NCBI RefSeq assembly: GCF_041146345.1
Contig: NW_027191405.1
Span: forward strand, 620,001-684,000
Length of the DNA stretch: 64,000 bases
Origin: Neodothiora populina
Lineage: Eukaryota
Reading direction: 5' to 3'
Each line of letters begins with the position of its first letter. Position 1 is the first letter of the stretch. The translations under genes were made by a program, and so were the position numbers. The notes under the pieces are model-generated. The model saw nothing but the letters and a program-made list of their open reading frames with translations. It did no database searches and had not been told where the DNA came from. Positions 37,190-49,006 of this stretch are shown one piece after another.

Positions 37190-37545
37190 TTGGCATTACT
37201 CAAGGTACTCAGCTTCTACCGTTGACTCATGTTCTCACAGAGACTTAGCTCTAGTATCATCAGAACCTGTGAGACTACTTGAACACGTCAAGGTAAGGTA
37301 CCAGGTAATAATATTGAACAAGACGCGGCGGGCGAATGACGCGCCGAGGCAGCTGCGTTCGGACCCTTGACTCGACATCACTTGCCAAGAGATCTATGAT
37401 ACAGGCTTATCTTTATCGCTATCCTTATCGTGATCTGCTCGATCCGGAAGATTCGCCGCCCACCCGAGGCTTTGCTACACCACCTTGATGGCTTATTCAT
37501 TGAATGCGCTTCACCTGCGCCTGGCTGGATTGTGTTACCTGAAGG

Positions 37546-39277
37546 ATGGGCAAGAGAAGAGCATCTGACACTTCCGATGAGGCTCCCGTGAAACGGTGGC
37601 GACCGTCACATCCAGATCACTTGTCGTCACTCAGCCATGAACTCATCCTTCGCGTGCTCTCTCACCTCTCAGTTCCAGATCTGATCGGATGTCAGAGGTA
37701 TGTGTCGCGCACCATAATAAGGTAGTCTGATGGTCACTGACTCACACCAAAGTCTCTCACATCGCTTTCATACTCTAGCTGGCGATTCACAACTGTGGAA
37801 AGCCCTGTACTACAATCGCTTCGTTCGTCCTCGAGCTGCACGATTACCAGGCATTCGGGGATCAGGGGTGGCGGCAGAGAGCCTATATTTTTCCTCCAAG
37901 TCATCAAAATGGCTAGACGACGAGAGTCTGGTGCAGCGAGGGAAGGAGACAAATTGGAAGAAGCAATACAAGACGCGGCATAACTGGACGAAGGGCACAT
38001 GCGCCATGAGTGAGGTCCCTGTCGCTGAAGAGCCTTCTGTGCCTCCAGTACTTGTTCAGATGCACGAGAGTACGATTTACATGGTTGATCAACACGATGG
38101 GCTGCGCGCCTGGAGCGACAGAGCGGGACACAAAAAGCTGGCCGATATAGCTCTGCATCACCCGGATCCCAACCACCGCCTCAGCCCGCCCTCCGCGCTT
38201 GCTGTCAATACCTCAACGAAGCAGAATGTCGCCTCGAAAGTCGCCGTGGGCTTCCAGGATGGCTCCTTTAGTATCTATGAGCTCAACGCGGATGCGACAA
38301 GTTTTACTCATCTATACTCCCACGAGCCCTCCTCTAACGGCATGCTGTCGGCAATGGCCTTGTCCTACCCTCATGTCGCTTCGATGACCGCCAACCAGCT
38401 GTTGTCCTTTTACAAGTTCGACACCGTAGAAGAAAAAGACTCGGGTCGGCGCGCCTTGAAGCCGCCGCGCTTGCTGCAATCACTACATTCGCGTACGGTC
38501 TGGCCACCCATGACCTTGTCCATTAGACCTTCGTCGGACAATATACTAGTGTCTATCGCATACGCACTTCCTACTTACCTATCTGGATGGACTGTCGGCA
38601 TACAGGAACTGCATGTTGCAACAAATGGCGAGCTGAAGGAGTCGCGGCTGGCGTCTGCAATAGACCAGCATTACCGACCTCTCGCGCTTGGCCATTCTAC
38701 TATACCAGCTTCGCAGAATTCCTCCTTGTCCACGGCAGCCTTTGGCCACTTCGGCACCTCGGAAGCTAATCAGATTCACTCGAAGCCTACCTCTTTGTCA
38801 TATACACATCCCTACCTATTAGTGTCGCACCCCGACAACACCCTGACTCTCTACCTAGTGTCATCTACGGCTTCTGCTTTGACCATCAGCCCGGGTAACA
38901 GATTATGGGGCCACACATCGTCCGTGTCAGGAGCTCATGTCGGGGGGCGCGGCAAAGCCGTCTCTGTCAGCAAGCGCGGTGATGAGCTGAGGATTTGGGA
39001 GCTCGAAGGCGGCTTCGCTTCAGCCGCAGCGCGGAGAAGACTTGCCGCCGGCGAGCTTAGTGTACAGCTCCGACCAGAGGCGCGAAGCACAAGCAACACA
39101 GATGCTTTGTCCTCGGCCATCGCCGCACGTGGAAATGGCTTGGGACTTGCACTCGAGCACCGCTTCGACGAGACCAGCATGACAAGAGGTTGGGTCGGTT
39201 TCGACGACGAAAGAGTCGTCGTGCTCAAGGAAAAGAGCTGTGGAGGACAGGCCCTTGTCGTTTATGATTTCACATAG
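37546..39277 (+). CDS. F-box protein with beta-propeller-like C-terminus
   Basis: F-box LSSLSHELILRVLSHLSVPDLIGCQSLSHRFHTLAGDSQLWKALY across intron 37698-37752; NWKKQYKTRHNW; LWGHTSSVSG...ELRIWELE. Confidence 0.87.
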
Positions 39278-40995
39278 CAAATTTCTCCATAAGGCAGGAT
39301 CGAAAGAAAATTACCTTATGATCCCTTTGCAGTACGAACTGCCATTTATTACCACACTCTATTTCTGACTCTGCGGACCTTACGTACGGTAGCATCTGGA
39401 GGCCAAGTCGCAGGATGTTAATTGCACCGCCGAGCCTGGCCCAGTAGCCAAAATAAAATATATAATCACCTTCTGTTTTCTTGCTTTTCCATCGTATTGA
39501 TGTTTTCGTTAGATGGAGGCTCCAGATATATATCACAGCTGGCATTCTCATGCACCCTATCATGATCTAGATTGCTATCGATCTACCGCGGCTCTCTCGC
39601 AAAACCAAATAAAATGGGTCGCGTCAGTTAATATAATTCTTCTAGATCCTTGATGCCCTACTGTGCTTGTAGATAGGCTCGGGTACCTATACCATGCAAG
39701 CGTATTGCGAGTGCGCGCTACAATGAGGCTCCCCCCGTGCCGGCTCCGACGCGACCACCATGTGGACCCGAGTTCATTGCGCAGCGTGCCAGCTGTGCAG
39801 GGTCCAGCAAGTCTTGTGGGAACCACGTCTCCACATTGCTGAACTACTGGGATCGGGATCGGCACCTGTTCTGTGCAGGAATTTTTGGCTTTCAAGACAG
39901 ACGTTGTCAGATGGACTTTCACCGTCATGCAGTAGCCGAAACCTTGAATAGCCACGCTGGTGTCGCAACGAGGGGGGTAGGATGATGCAGTCAGTCCATT
40001 CGCACATGACTGACTCAGGAGGGACCTGTCGCGCAAGGCATGAGTCCGAAACAGATCGCCTCGAGTGAGGTAAGGAGCGCCACTTCTTGCGTTGGTAGCT
40101 CATGTGTCGTCGATCTGCTGTAGGAGGCGAGAATCTATCTGCATCAACTGGGTTGTGATCGACACATATCTATTCGACGTGGATACGAGTTGCGCGTTGA
40201 GGCATAGACAAAAAGCTGTCGGCCAATTATGTTCGCTCATCTCCGTTCTACAGACGAGAATTTTCCTTATCTCGGCTGATCAGGTCTTTAGTACTCCGTA
40301 CCTGCCTAGTATTTGGTAATGGCATCCGCGCTCTCGTCGGCGATGCGACTATTGCGAACGTTGCCCAGGCGGAGAGCCACGCATCCCCGATACTCTGAAA
40401 CACGAGCTCACGATCTCGAGATTGCATGCCGCCCGTCACTCAAAGGTTTACGCGCATCTCCTTGAGATAGAGTACTGTATTCCGGCAAGAGACATGATGC
40501 GGATCAGATCTAGAGCGCATAAGGTTCGAAGATGAGCGACATCAAACTCGCCATGGGAGACGGCAACCTGCGCAGACCTATACTTGTAGCCTTACCGCGA
40601 AAGCTATGTCGTTACGTGTAGGGGACTTGCCGTGGCTGCGCACCTGTCGTCCTTTAGAGTTTCGACTTCCACGCCATGTTGTGTGATTTCTGGCTCACGC
40701 CTGCCCAATTCCACTTCCCACTACTAAACCGTTGTCTAATGTAGTGGTCCATACTTTGTAAGATGGAGTAGGCCTGAGCTTCAGAGAATATTCGTTCCCG
40801 TCTGGAGTAAAAGGTGTAGGTTGTTCTAACGATCTACAGCGGTAGGGCCGTTTCTTTTTCCCCTCTTCTTTATACATAATCGCACTTGCTGATCTACATC
40901 TAAATTCTCGACTATACTATCTCCTGTCGAGGTCTTCTTGTATTACGATTCTAATGAGCTGCTCTCCGGATTTTGTCGTGTAGTACTCTCTGATT

Positions 40996-42485
40996 ATGGG
41001 CCATTATATCAACGGCTACTATGTATTTGCCCCAGTGACCTCGACCGATCATGCGGGTCTGCTGTGGGTCACCTCGATACTCAGCTTGTTGTTTTCAACT
41101 GTGACGCTGGCTGCTCGGTATCATATCAGGAGACGGTCATTTGGCATCGATGACTGGCTCGTTTCTGCCGCTCAGGTGTGCATTGTTCGCCACTTCATCA
41201 TGAGGATAGAATGCTGACGACTCTCGACAGTTCTTTGCGCTGGCGCAATACATTGCCTTGTTCGTTGGCATGGACAGCCGAGGACTAGGAAAATCATCAT
41301 CACTATTGACGACTGATGAAGCCAGAGAAGCTGGTCGGGTACGATACACTGCGCTCTGGTATTCAAAGATGACACTGCTAATCATTACTTATACAGAGCG
41401 TATTTGCTAGCAATTGTCTGTTTCTGATCTCGCTGGCTTTTACCAAGTTTTCCATCGTTGTCTTCATGAAACGGTTGTTCACTCGCGATTTCACTGCGGC
41501 ATGGATGGCATGCAACATTCTTCTCGGTGTTGTCACGGTCTGGGCAGTAGGGTCCATGTTGGCACTGACAGTTGGTTGCGGACCAACTACGAAGTTGGAG
41601 GGCGCTCGATGCGTTGGACAGGTATGCAGCTTGCCAGAGTCATACAACGCTTCAATGCTAGATCCGTGCTAACCTATTCATCAGACCACTCGATGGGGTG
41701 TCGTCGCTGGTTTCGACGCCATGTTTGAAATAGCGATTGTAGTCCTCTCAGTCATTCTTGTGAGGCCGCTTCAGATGGGCTGGGACGTCAAGGTCACTGT
41801 CGTCGGTGCATTCTCCTTCAGGATAGTGTAAGTTCCGTCGTATAAGCATCTTGCGCCTAATCGGACGTATACTTATACTATTACTAGGGTTGCGCTTTTC
41901 GCTATTCTCCATGCAGTTCGAGTAGGAAGATTGGCAGATACGCCAGACCCAGGGCTTGCTATCATCGGAAATCTGATATGGCTACAAATCGAGCTTGGAT
42001 ATGCTCTCATGTCCGCGACCATACCAACACTCAGAGGATTCATTCGCGGCTACGAAAAGGCTATGGGCTGGGAGGTTTCAAATACGCATTCACACAGCAA
42101 CAAGCCCGAGCTGGGCATGTTCGGAACTGCAAGCTACCAGATGCACTCCCTGGCCAACAGCAAGAACTCAAGGTCGGGGGGCCGCAGCACACAAGATCGA
42201 TCACGACATTCGACACATCTGGCAAGCGCTGACGACGATACGATCGCGCTAGGGAATGACTTTATTCATGGTCTGGATAACGGTGTTGCTGGAAAGTACA
42301 AAGTGAACGCATATGGACCACGCCCGGCCGAGCCAGGCGGCCCCAGACTGAAGAGAGAGCCCAGTACGGGGAGTTCTGAATCACAAGAGGCGATAATCAG
42401 GAAGGACGTCCATTTCAGTATATCTTCTGAGATGGCACCCACGTCACCTTGGCCTCCTCGAGCAGGCCCGGCACCTCGTTATTGA
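40996..42485 (+). CDS. Second PTH11-like integral membrane protein (5 exons)
   Basis: TDHAGLLWVTS, FGIDDWL, GLGK, TKFSIVVF, AFSFR, QIELGYALMSATIP. Introns approx. 41176-41230, 41339-41396, 41622-41684, 41827-41888. Confidence 0.85.
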
Positions 42486-43159
42486 GAGGGCCATCTTCTG
42501 TTGTTACACTAATTTTGTTCTGCAGGTCTTGATTGACTTTCCTTTTATGATATCCTCTTTCGGCTCTTTTTCTTTCTGTTCATATATCGCTTTTGGCCTC
42601 TCCGGATTACAGGCCCTGGGATCTTTTGACAAAGCGAGGGGTTTCTTTGCATGAGCCTCCAGATTACTTTTTTTCTACGTGCGGATTACGGGAAAAGGGA
42701 ACCTTGGGCCAGGACAGGTGCCACTTCTTTTGAGTTTAATCACGAATGATGTTTGATTGGGTTGCATCTCTATATTTTCGGATTCTCCAGACACGGTGAA
42801 TGCTTCACCATGTTTTTCGTGTTGATGTATCTATATTCGTCCTCTTGCGCGCGATATACTTCAATATCAAGTGTTCCGATCTTATACCCACTCCGATTAT
42901 GCTTGAGAAACTCACAGTCCCATATGCAGGCGTAGGATATCGAAACAGGACAATAGTACCGTTTTTGAATTCATTAACAAGAAACTATCGCTTGCGACCA
43001 GCCCAAACGGTAGATCACATCAAGGTAGAGTAGCCGCCGGCTCAGACACGAGTATTATAGTATGCACCCATTCGAGAGTCATCCGCAGTGCTTTCAACCC
43101 TATCGCGACTACCCCCGACTGAATATATTGAGTGATGACTGCCGGTTCTTCAACAACAA

Positions 43160-43254
43160 GGCCGCGTGGCCCAATGGCAAGGCGCTTGACTACGAATCAA
43201 TCAATACGATTGAGCGGTATCAAGAGATTCCAGGTTCGACCCCTGGCGCGGTCA
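43160..43254 (+). tRNA. tRNA-Arg(ACG): tRNA-Arg (anticodon ACG) with 23-nt intron
   Basis: Acceptor stem GGCCGCG/CGCGGTC+A; A-box TGGCCCAATGG; anticodon arm CTTGA-CT-ACG-A[intron 43196-43218]A-TCAAG; T arm CCAGG-TTCGACC-CCTGG. Mature length 72 nt. Confidence 0.96.
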
Positions 43255-43255
43255 A

Positions 43256-43262
43256 TTTTTTT
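43256..43262 (+). terminator. RNA polymerase III terminator (T7)
   Basis: TTTTTTT immediately after the tRNA 3' end. Confidence 0.85.
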
Positions 43263-45020
43263 CGTCTCTATTTTTCCCCATACCCAAAGCGTCACTCACT
43301 TCTCCGTACTTGGCGACCCTGCCTGACTGGCGCCCCGCTTTTTGCCTCTCATCAAGGTACAGTTACATGAGCGATCCAGCGGTCGAACCGACGAAATATG
43401 CTTTGGTGCCTGTCTCGGAGTTTTTCTTTCTTCTAGGCGAAACGAGGAACACACCTTGCCCGACCAAGAGGCCCGAGTCAGAAGGGTTGCACGAGGATCA
43501 TGCCTTCTGGAAAAATAATCATGCGTGTGAGTGGGGTCGCGACGGACTACTACTACTACCGGTAGGAGCAATAGAGTTAAATTGAGCCTGTTGTGGATAT
43601 ATGCAGTGGTGACACGGTACTGGGAATAAATGTGGCCTGATATGCATATGTTTCAGCAAGGATGTTGTTGCATGGCTGGCTACGTTAGCTGGCAACTTTC
43701 TTCTTTTTAATGCCCATGCAGGGTGAGGGATTTGTGGGATGATAGTGAGGTAAGGTTGCAGTAAGCTACGGCAGGGCGGTCGGGTAGTAGGTTTGTTTGG
43801 AACCCTGCTGGTTGTGTTTCTGGTTACGAGGGAGTGAGTAGGTGGCGTAGAGTGGGAGTGGGTTATGTAAGGAGGGGTGTTGAATGAGCTCTTTGGCTTC
43901 GACTTGTATTCCTTGGGTATCTTGCTGTTACTGCTGTAGTCTATGCTCTCGAAATCTCGAAGACTGTGGTTCAAGGATTGGGTTCGGGTCGGAAGTCATG
44001 CTTAATAACATCTCTTGCCTGAAAGTACAGGGGGGGTAAATGTCAAATGATCCTGCGGTTATTAAGTGGCTTTTTCGTGTGATGCATGGATTCTTCTCTG
44101 CATGGATGGAAGGATTTATACCTGTATGTGACTTTAAGGTACTTTTCACAGGGCAGGAGAGTCGGTAGGTAAAGTAAGGTTGAGGCGAAGCTTGAATCTG
44201 TGAAGTGCGTTTCGCTGCGAGGGCGACCCTGTCCCTTCATTGCTTGTTTGCTTGTTGTTTATGTGCTTACTTCTCTGCTGATTGCATCCTTTCCATAGAG
44301 TTGTTTCCTCTGCTGGTACATGTTTTTGCGTGCGTTATTCTCTTACGTAACTTGCTTAGTGTTTTCAATAGAGTCGTGGTTATTGTGGTTGTCATTCGTC
44401 TCTACAAAGTGTTGCGATGGCCGCAAGCGGGAGCATTACAGCGGGCTTACCAGTAAAGCAGGTCATGTCTAACGCGACTTATGTTTAGCGAGTAAGAACA
44501 ACATACAGTAAGATGCGACTGCCCTAAGCAAGGTGTGTTATCCATTCGTCAATTGAAAGTATATGAATAGAGTGATGAAAAGCCAGGTAGTCTTAATATG
44601 ATAAATTTTTGGAACGCGTGTTGCAGTCTAGATTTACTCTGGGCAGCAAATTGCTGTTCATACGTAATGTGTTGCTCTTCCTCTGAAGCTCGGGAACAGA
44701 GAACACGAGATGATCGAGGTAGCTACCTTACCTATCTTGGCTGATCTAACGTTGCTTCATTACAGAAAAGCATAACAAAGCCAAGTATTCGAAAGACAAT
44801 GTTCTAGGGTTACACATAACATCTTTATTGATTCGCCGCATCCATGCATGTTGCTCGCTAGAAGTGCAAGAATCTTTTGTCTATTCCTCCCTTGCTTTTT
44901 TGGTTTGTTCCTTGGGGTCCATTCGCTTGATGAATCTTGCTTCATTGCGCGCAAAGATCAAACACCCCCACCCCCTTGCGGAAGCTGCACTGTCCCCTGT
45001 TCAGCGTTCTTCCTTTCACC

Positions 45021-45957
45021 CTATACCGGCAAGTTGAATCTCCTGCCTTGCATGACCCTGTAATCACAAACGTTAGCAAATGCTCTTGCCCACTCCACTC
45101 GCGCAAGCCTTTGTCTTTCTCTTACTTCGTATAGTAGATGTAGAAAAAGTCCGAGTACAGGACAGTCTGGATCAAGCCGGCAATGACAGGGATGGGATCG
45201 AGGTAGCCCTCGGCGAAGTATCTGTATAGCCAGTTGGGGATGTACAGAGCTCTGTACACCCCCAGCGCGAACAGATAATGCGTGGTGATGGTCTCTGCTT
45301 CTCCAGTTCTCTGCAACATGAACAGCTGCGGCAGAATCGCAACTGACTCCAACCAGATGGAAAAGGCCCAGAGCATCTCAGATAAGGTGTACTTGTAGGG
45401 AAAGAGGATCGCGAGGATGGCTGATCCTATAAGTAGATATTGCACTTTGAAGGTGTCTAGATTGGGATCGTGCGTCGGCTTGTAGTCGGTCAACATGAGG
45501 TAAATGGTGTAAGCGCTACCGCCAATGAAGAAGATCTTGAAGAAGGTGTTCCATAGCGAGCGAGTAGGGTCTGTCCAGAGGAGGTCTGTGGGTATGATGC
45601 TCTCAGTAAAGGATGCTCGGGATCGCCATGTCGCATTCCATGCCAGAAGACGAAGATAGACTGACCGAGGTATCTTGTCACGTAAACAACAAAATAGAGG
45701 AATTGCGACTTGAATGATATGCCTGATGCGCTCTTTGATATCAGGTCAGTCAATCGCAACGGATAGCAAAGCCGGACTTGTAGCTGGCGCATACACTCGA
45801 AGTCTTCATCTTATGTAACAATATAACAATGGAAAACAAATGCGACAAGTCGCCTGTGTGGTATTGTCAGTCAACCATTCTTTTGCTGTGTACACATATA
45901 TATAGTGATAGCCGCAGCTTCAGTGATAGACGGACCTAATATCCTGAAGAGATTCAT
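45021..45957 (-). CDS. ERD2: ER lumen protein-retaining (HDEL/KDEL) receptor (5 exons)
   Basis: MNLFRILGDLSHL, SGISFKSQFLY...TRYLD, WLESVAILPQL, YRALYIPNW, QTVLYSDFFYIY, ending FNLPV*. Introns 45935-45854, 45794-45733, 45665-45586, ~45125-45058. Confidence 0.97.
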
Positions 45958-46403
45958 GATTTGTGTTTTGTCGACTCTACGAGTCTCTGGTCTTGCAATG
46001 AGGAGTTCCTGCGACAGCGCTCGTATATCACACTCCGTGATCTATCAGTTTGCAACAAAAAGGAGAAAGTAAACAGCTCAGGAGGGATTCAGCTCGCTCA
46101 GACTTGATCGATTTGTGAACAACTTGTGACTTTCGTGGCCGAAACAACGACGACGCAACGTGTTTGGTCCGTGCGTGAGAGCTCCCTTTGCCTTGCATCT
46201 CGGATAAGATAGCGATAACGTTTCGATCTAATTGATATCCTTTCTCCTTTGTACCTTACTTGACTTGACTTGCTCTCGTTACTGTACCCATACACTCTCC
46301 ATAGGTCACACCCGAGCCAGTTTCTTGTACTTCGTAGAGTCAGTGAGCGATGAGACCAATGTAGAAGAGATTGCGACTTGGTGAATACGGCTAAGCCGCC
46401 ATC

Positions 46404-48617
46404 ATGGTCTCATGGAAGGACGTACTCCGCCCGATCAGAGATGGCTTCAGGGACCAATTACCCACACGACCATCCAAGGATATGGAAGAGGATGCCAGGA
46501 GGCGACGTCTGCAGCGTGAGCTTGATGTCCTCAAAGGATTTGCGTATTTCGATACCTTCGAGGAACTCCAGCAATGGGACCCCAAGGAAGTTGATCCGTT
46601 ACAAAGAGCCAATATACCTCTCATTCCAAGACCTGATGTTGATGTCGACCAGGAACGTGATGATCCTAAGGCCAAGATCATCCTTATCCACGACTACGTG
46701 GGTAACTACCACGATTACGAAGCCTGTCAGGGGCCTTCATTGAGCGCTGTGAATTATTCGTGCGATTATATGCAATATGTTGACGCTTTTGTGTACTTTT
46801 CTCACAAGGTTTGCAGAAGCTGTTCCCATATTAGAGACTTACCAAGCTAAAGGTGCATATGACCAGCTTGTATGTGTACCTCCCCCTACTTGGACAAACA
46901 CCCTACACCACAACGGTGTCAGGTCAATAGGAACATTCCTGGTGGAGCCACAGTCCACCAACATTGGACAAATCTTGGAGAGGCGTCCGTCCACCGACTT
47001 TGAGGGTGGTTGGGAGTATCCCGTAGCCACGCAGCTTACCACAATGGCAGAAGCCTATGGCTTCGAAGGTTGGTTAGTAAACATAGAAAAAACATTTCCT
47101 TTTTCAATTTGGAATCGTGAACTATTAGTGGGCTTTCTCACTCAGCTCAAGTCTCAACTCGGCCATGGAAATGTGATTTGGTAGGGTTGACCCATTCGTT
47201 CTGATATCTCCTTCCGCTTGCTGAACGGGTGTCTCCCAGGTATGATGCTCTGACAGCGAGTAATATGATACAATATCAGAACGGTCTCACGGACTCAAAT
47301 GCCATATTTGCCAAAGCGGCAGGGACTATTTTGACAAACTACGACTGGGACGTCAGGAATGTCGAACAGTCGAGGAAGTTGGCCTTGGAGAACTCTATAG
47401 ATCCTACTGACATCGTCTTCGGCATCGATGTCTGGGCACAGAACTCGCAAAGCGATCAGAAACCACGCCGTACCTTTGGTGGTGGGGGCACCGAGACTGG
47501 TGTCGCTGTGGCTGTCTTAGCAAAGCATGGCACGTCAGCCGGAATCTTCGCGCCAGCTTGGCCATTCGAGCACTTTTCTTCGATATCAGAAGCATGCGCA
47601 GTCCAAGACGCTATGTGGAAGGGCACAAAGCTACCGAAGGACTTGCATTGCAATTGCACTTCTACCGACGCACATCCCGAACCGAGCTCACCAATAACAC
47701 AATCTGCTAGAGAGGCCCCTGCTGGTTCCGATTGCTTCCTGCACGCGGACTTTAAGGAAGCGTTCAACCGATCAAACGGGATGGACATGGTGCCATCTCA
47801 CTTTGGTGAATCGACCACATTACCTCGAGTATTGTTAGCGGTCTCGTCAGACCAGACGCGTGTCGGAGAGACAACAATGTCTCTCAAGCTTCTCGAGGAT
47901 CCGCCAAGAGCATCCATCAACGCGACCCAGCGGGGTAGCAATGTCGACGCGTCTTTGGAGTTATACAAGCTGAGAATGAGAGGCTGTCTCGAGGTGTCTA
48001 TAGCTTACCGCAAGAAGGAGACGCCCGCAGACTTGTATATCAAATTCGAATTGTGTGGGACTACGACGACTATACCGGTGAGAGATGAGGCTTGCAAGGA
48101 TTGGAAGGAAACTCGAATACTCGACTGCACCCGTGAGCCGCTTGCTGGAATAAGAGTGGTTGTCCGCGGAATGTCACCGAAGACGGGAGTAGAATGGGAG
48201 GTATTGGAAGTGACGAGAATTTGCATCAAGAGAGCTAGCACGGGATATGCATCAGGCGGTATCAAGGACTACCTGCAGCTTGTCAAATGCGGCAATCGGT
48301 CCAGACTAAGGTGGTCGGTGCCTAAAGAAAGTGAAGAAGCAGCGCGAGCACAAGGCCTTCCCTTTAGCTCCGTCACTGGAGCATTTCCATACTTTGAGCT
48401 CACGAGGAACACAAAGTCGGTGGGGCATGCTTGCGCGCTGGAGTACCTTTTGAACGAAGAGACGGAGACAATGATTTCAGATACTGACCAGGCCAGTGAC
48501 TACACGGTGACATGTTTCGATTTCCATGGATCAATGGTTGGGAGGAGAGCAGTATTCAGTGTCAATCAGCAGCTACGAGATGACTCGGAGAGTGAGGGCA
48601 GCTGGGAGATTGTGTAA
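46404..48617 (+). CDS. Glycoside hydrolase family 85 endo-beta-N-acetylglucosaminidase (cytosolic type)
   Basis: HDYVGNY, FVYFSHK-LVCVPPPTWTNTLHHNGVRSIGTF, catalytic YGFEGWLVNIE, WYDAL, TNYDW, FGIDVW, GIFAPAW. Introns 46809-46866 and 47181-47239. No signal peptide. Confidence 0.92.
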
Positions 48618-49006
48618 GGTTGGGGTCACATTATGTTTTGGCAGATGACGATGGATTGAAGAGATGAGTGTGGTATTCAATCACGGGCCTGTCTTTCTCG
48701 TGTTATAGATATTATATGCAGTTCGAGTGAGTACAAAGTGATAAGGATCCATTGTGTGTGTGGCAGGTTGGTGAAGTCATCGAGGCTTGGCGCCTTCGTT
48801 CGCCGCTTCCCAAATTCCATTCGACGCAGTGAAGCAAGAGCGAGTGGTCCTTTCACTCTTTCTTTCTCAAAACATCCAACCAACTCGTTTCTTCCTTTTG
48901 TTATCCGGACGGGTTGATTCATAGGGAAAAGCAGTCAAGTCTCGACAAGTCGAGTCTGACAGATTCATCGTTTGCAGCGCTTGACAGCGCCACTTGGACT
49001 TAGCAC

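Noticed and set aside
39575..40877. Short ORFs between the F-box gene and the second PTH11-like gene
   Set aside because: No motifs or coding-like composition; treated as promoter/intergenic DNA.
43062..43585. Two overlapping ORFs (102 aa and 91 aa) apparently joinable by a -1 slip at T_TTT_TTT (43256-43262)
   Set aside because: The region is the tRNA-Arg gene and the T run is its Pol III terminator; the ORFs are incidental.
43519..44456. G/T-skewed tract and 151-aa minus-strand ORF next to the tRNA (possible LTR remnant)
   Set aside because: No LTR termini, TSD, second copy or transposon protein motifs; the ORF is explained by composition.
44804..44813. TAACCCTA on the minus strand as a telomerase RNA template
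   Set aside because: Only 8 nt, lies in the probable ERD2 3'UTR, and I could not identify the pseudoknot or CR4/5 elements.
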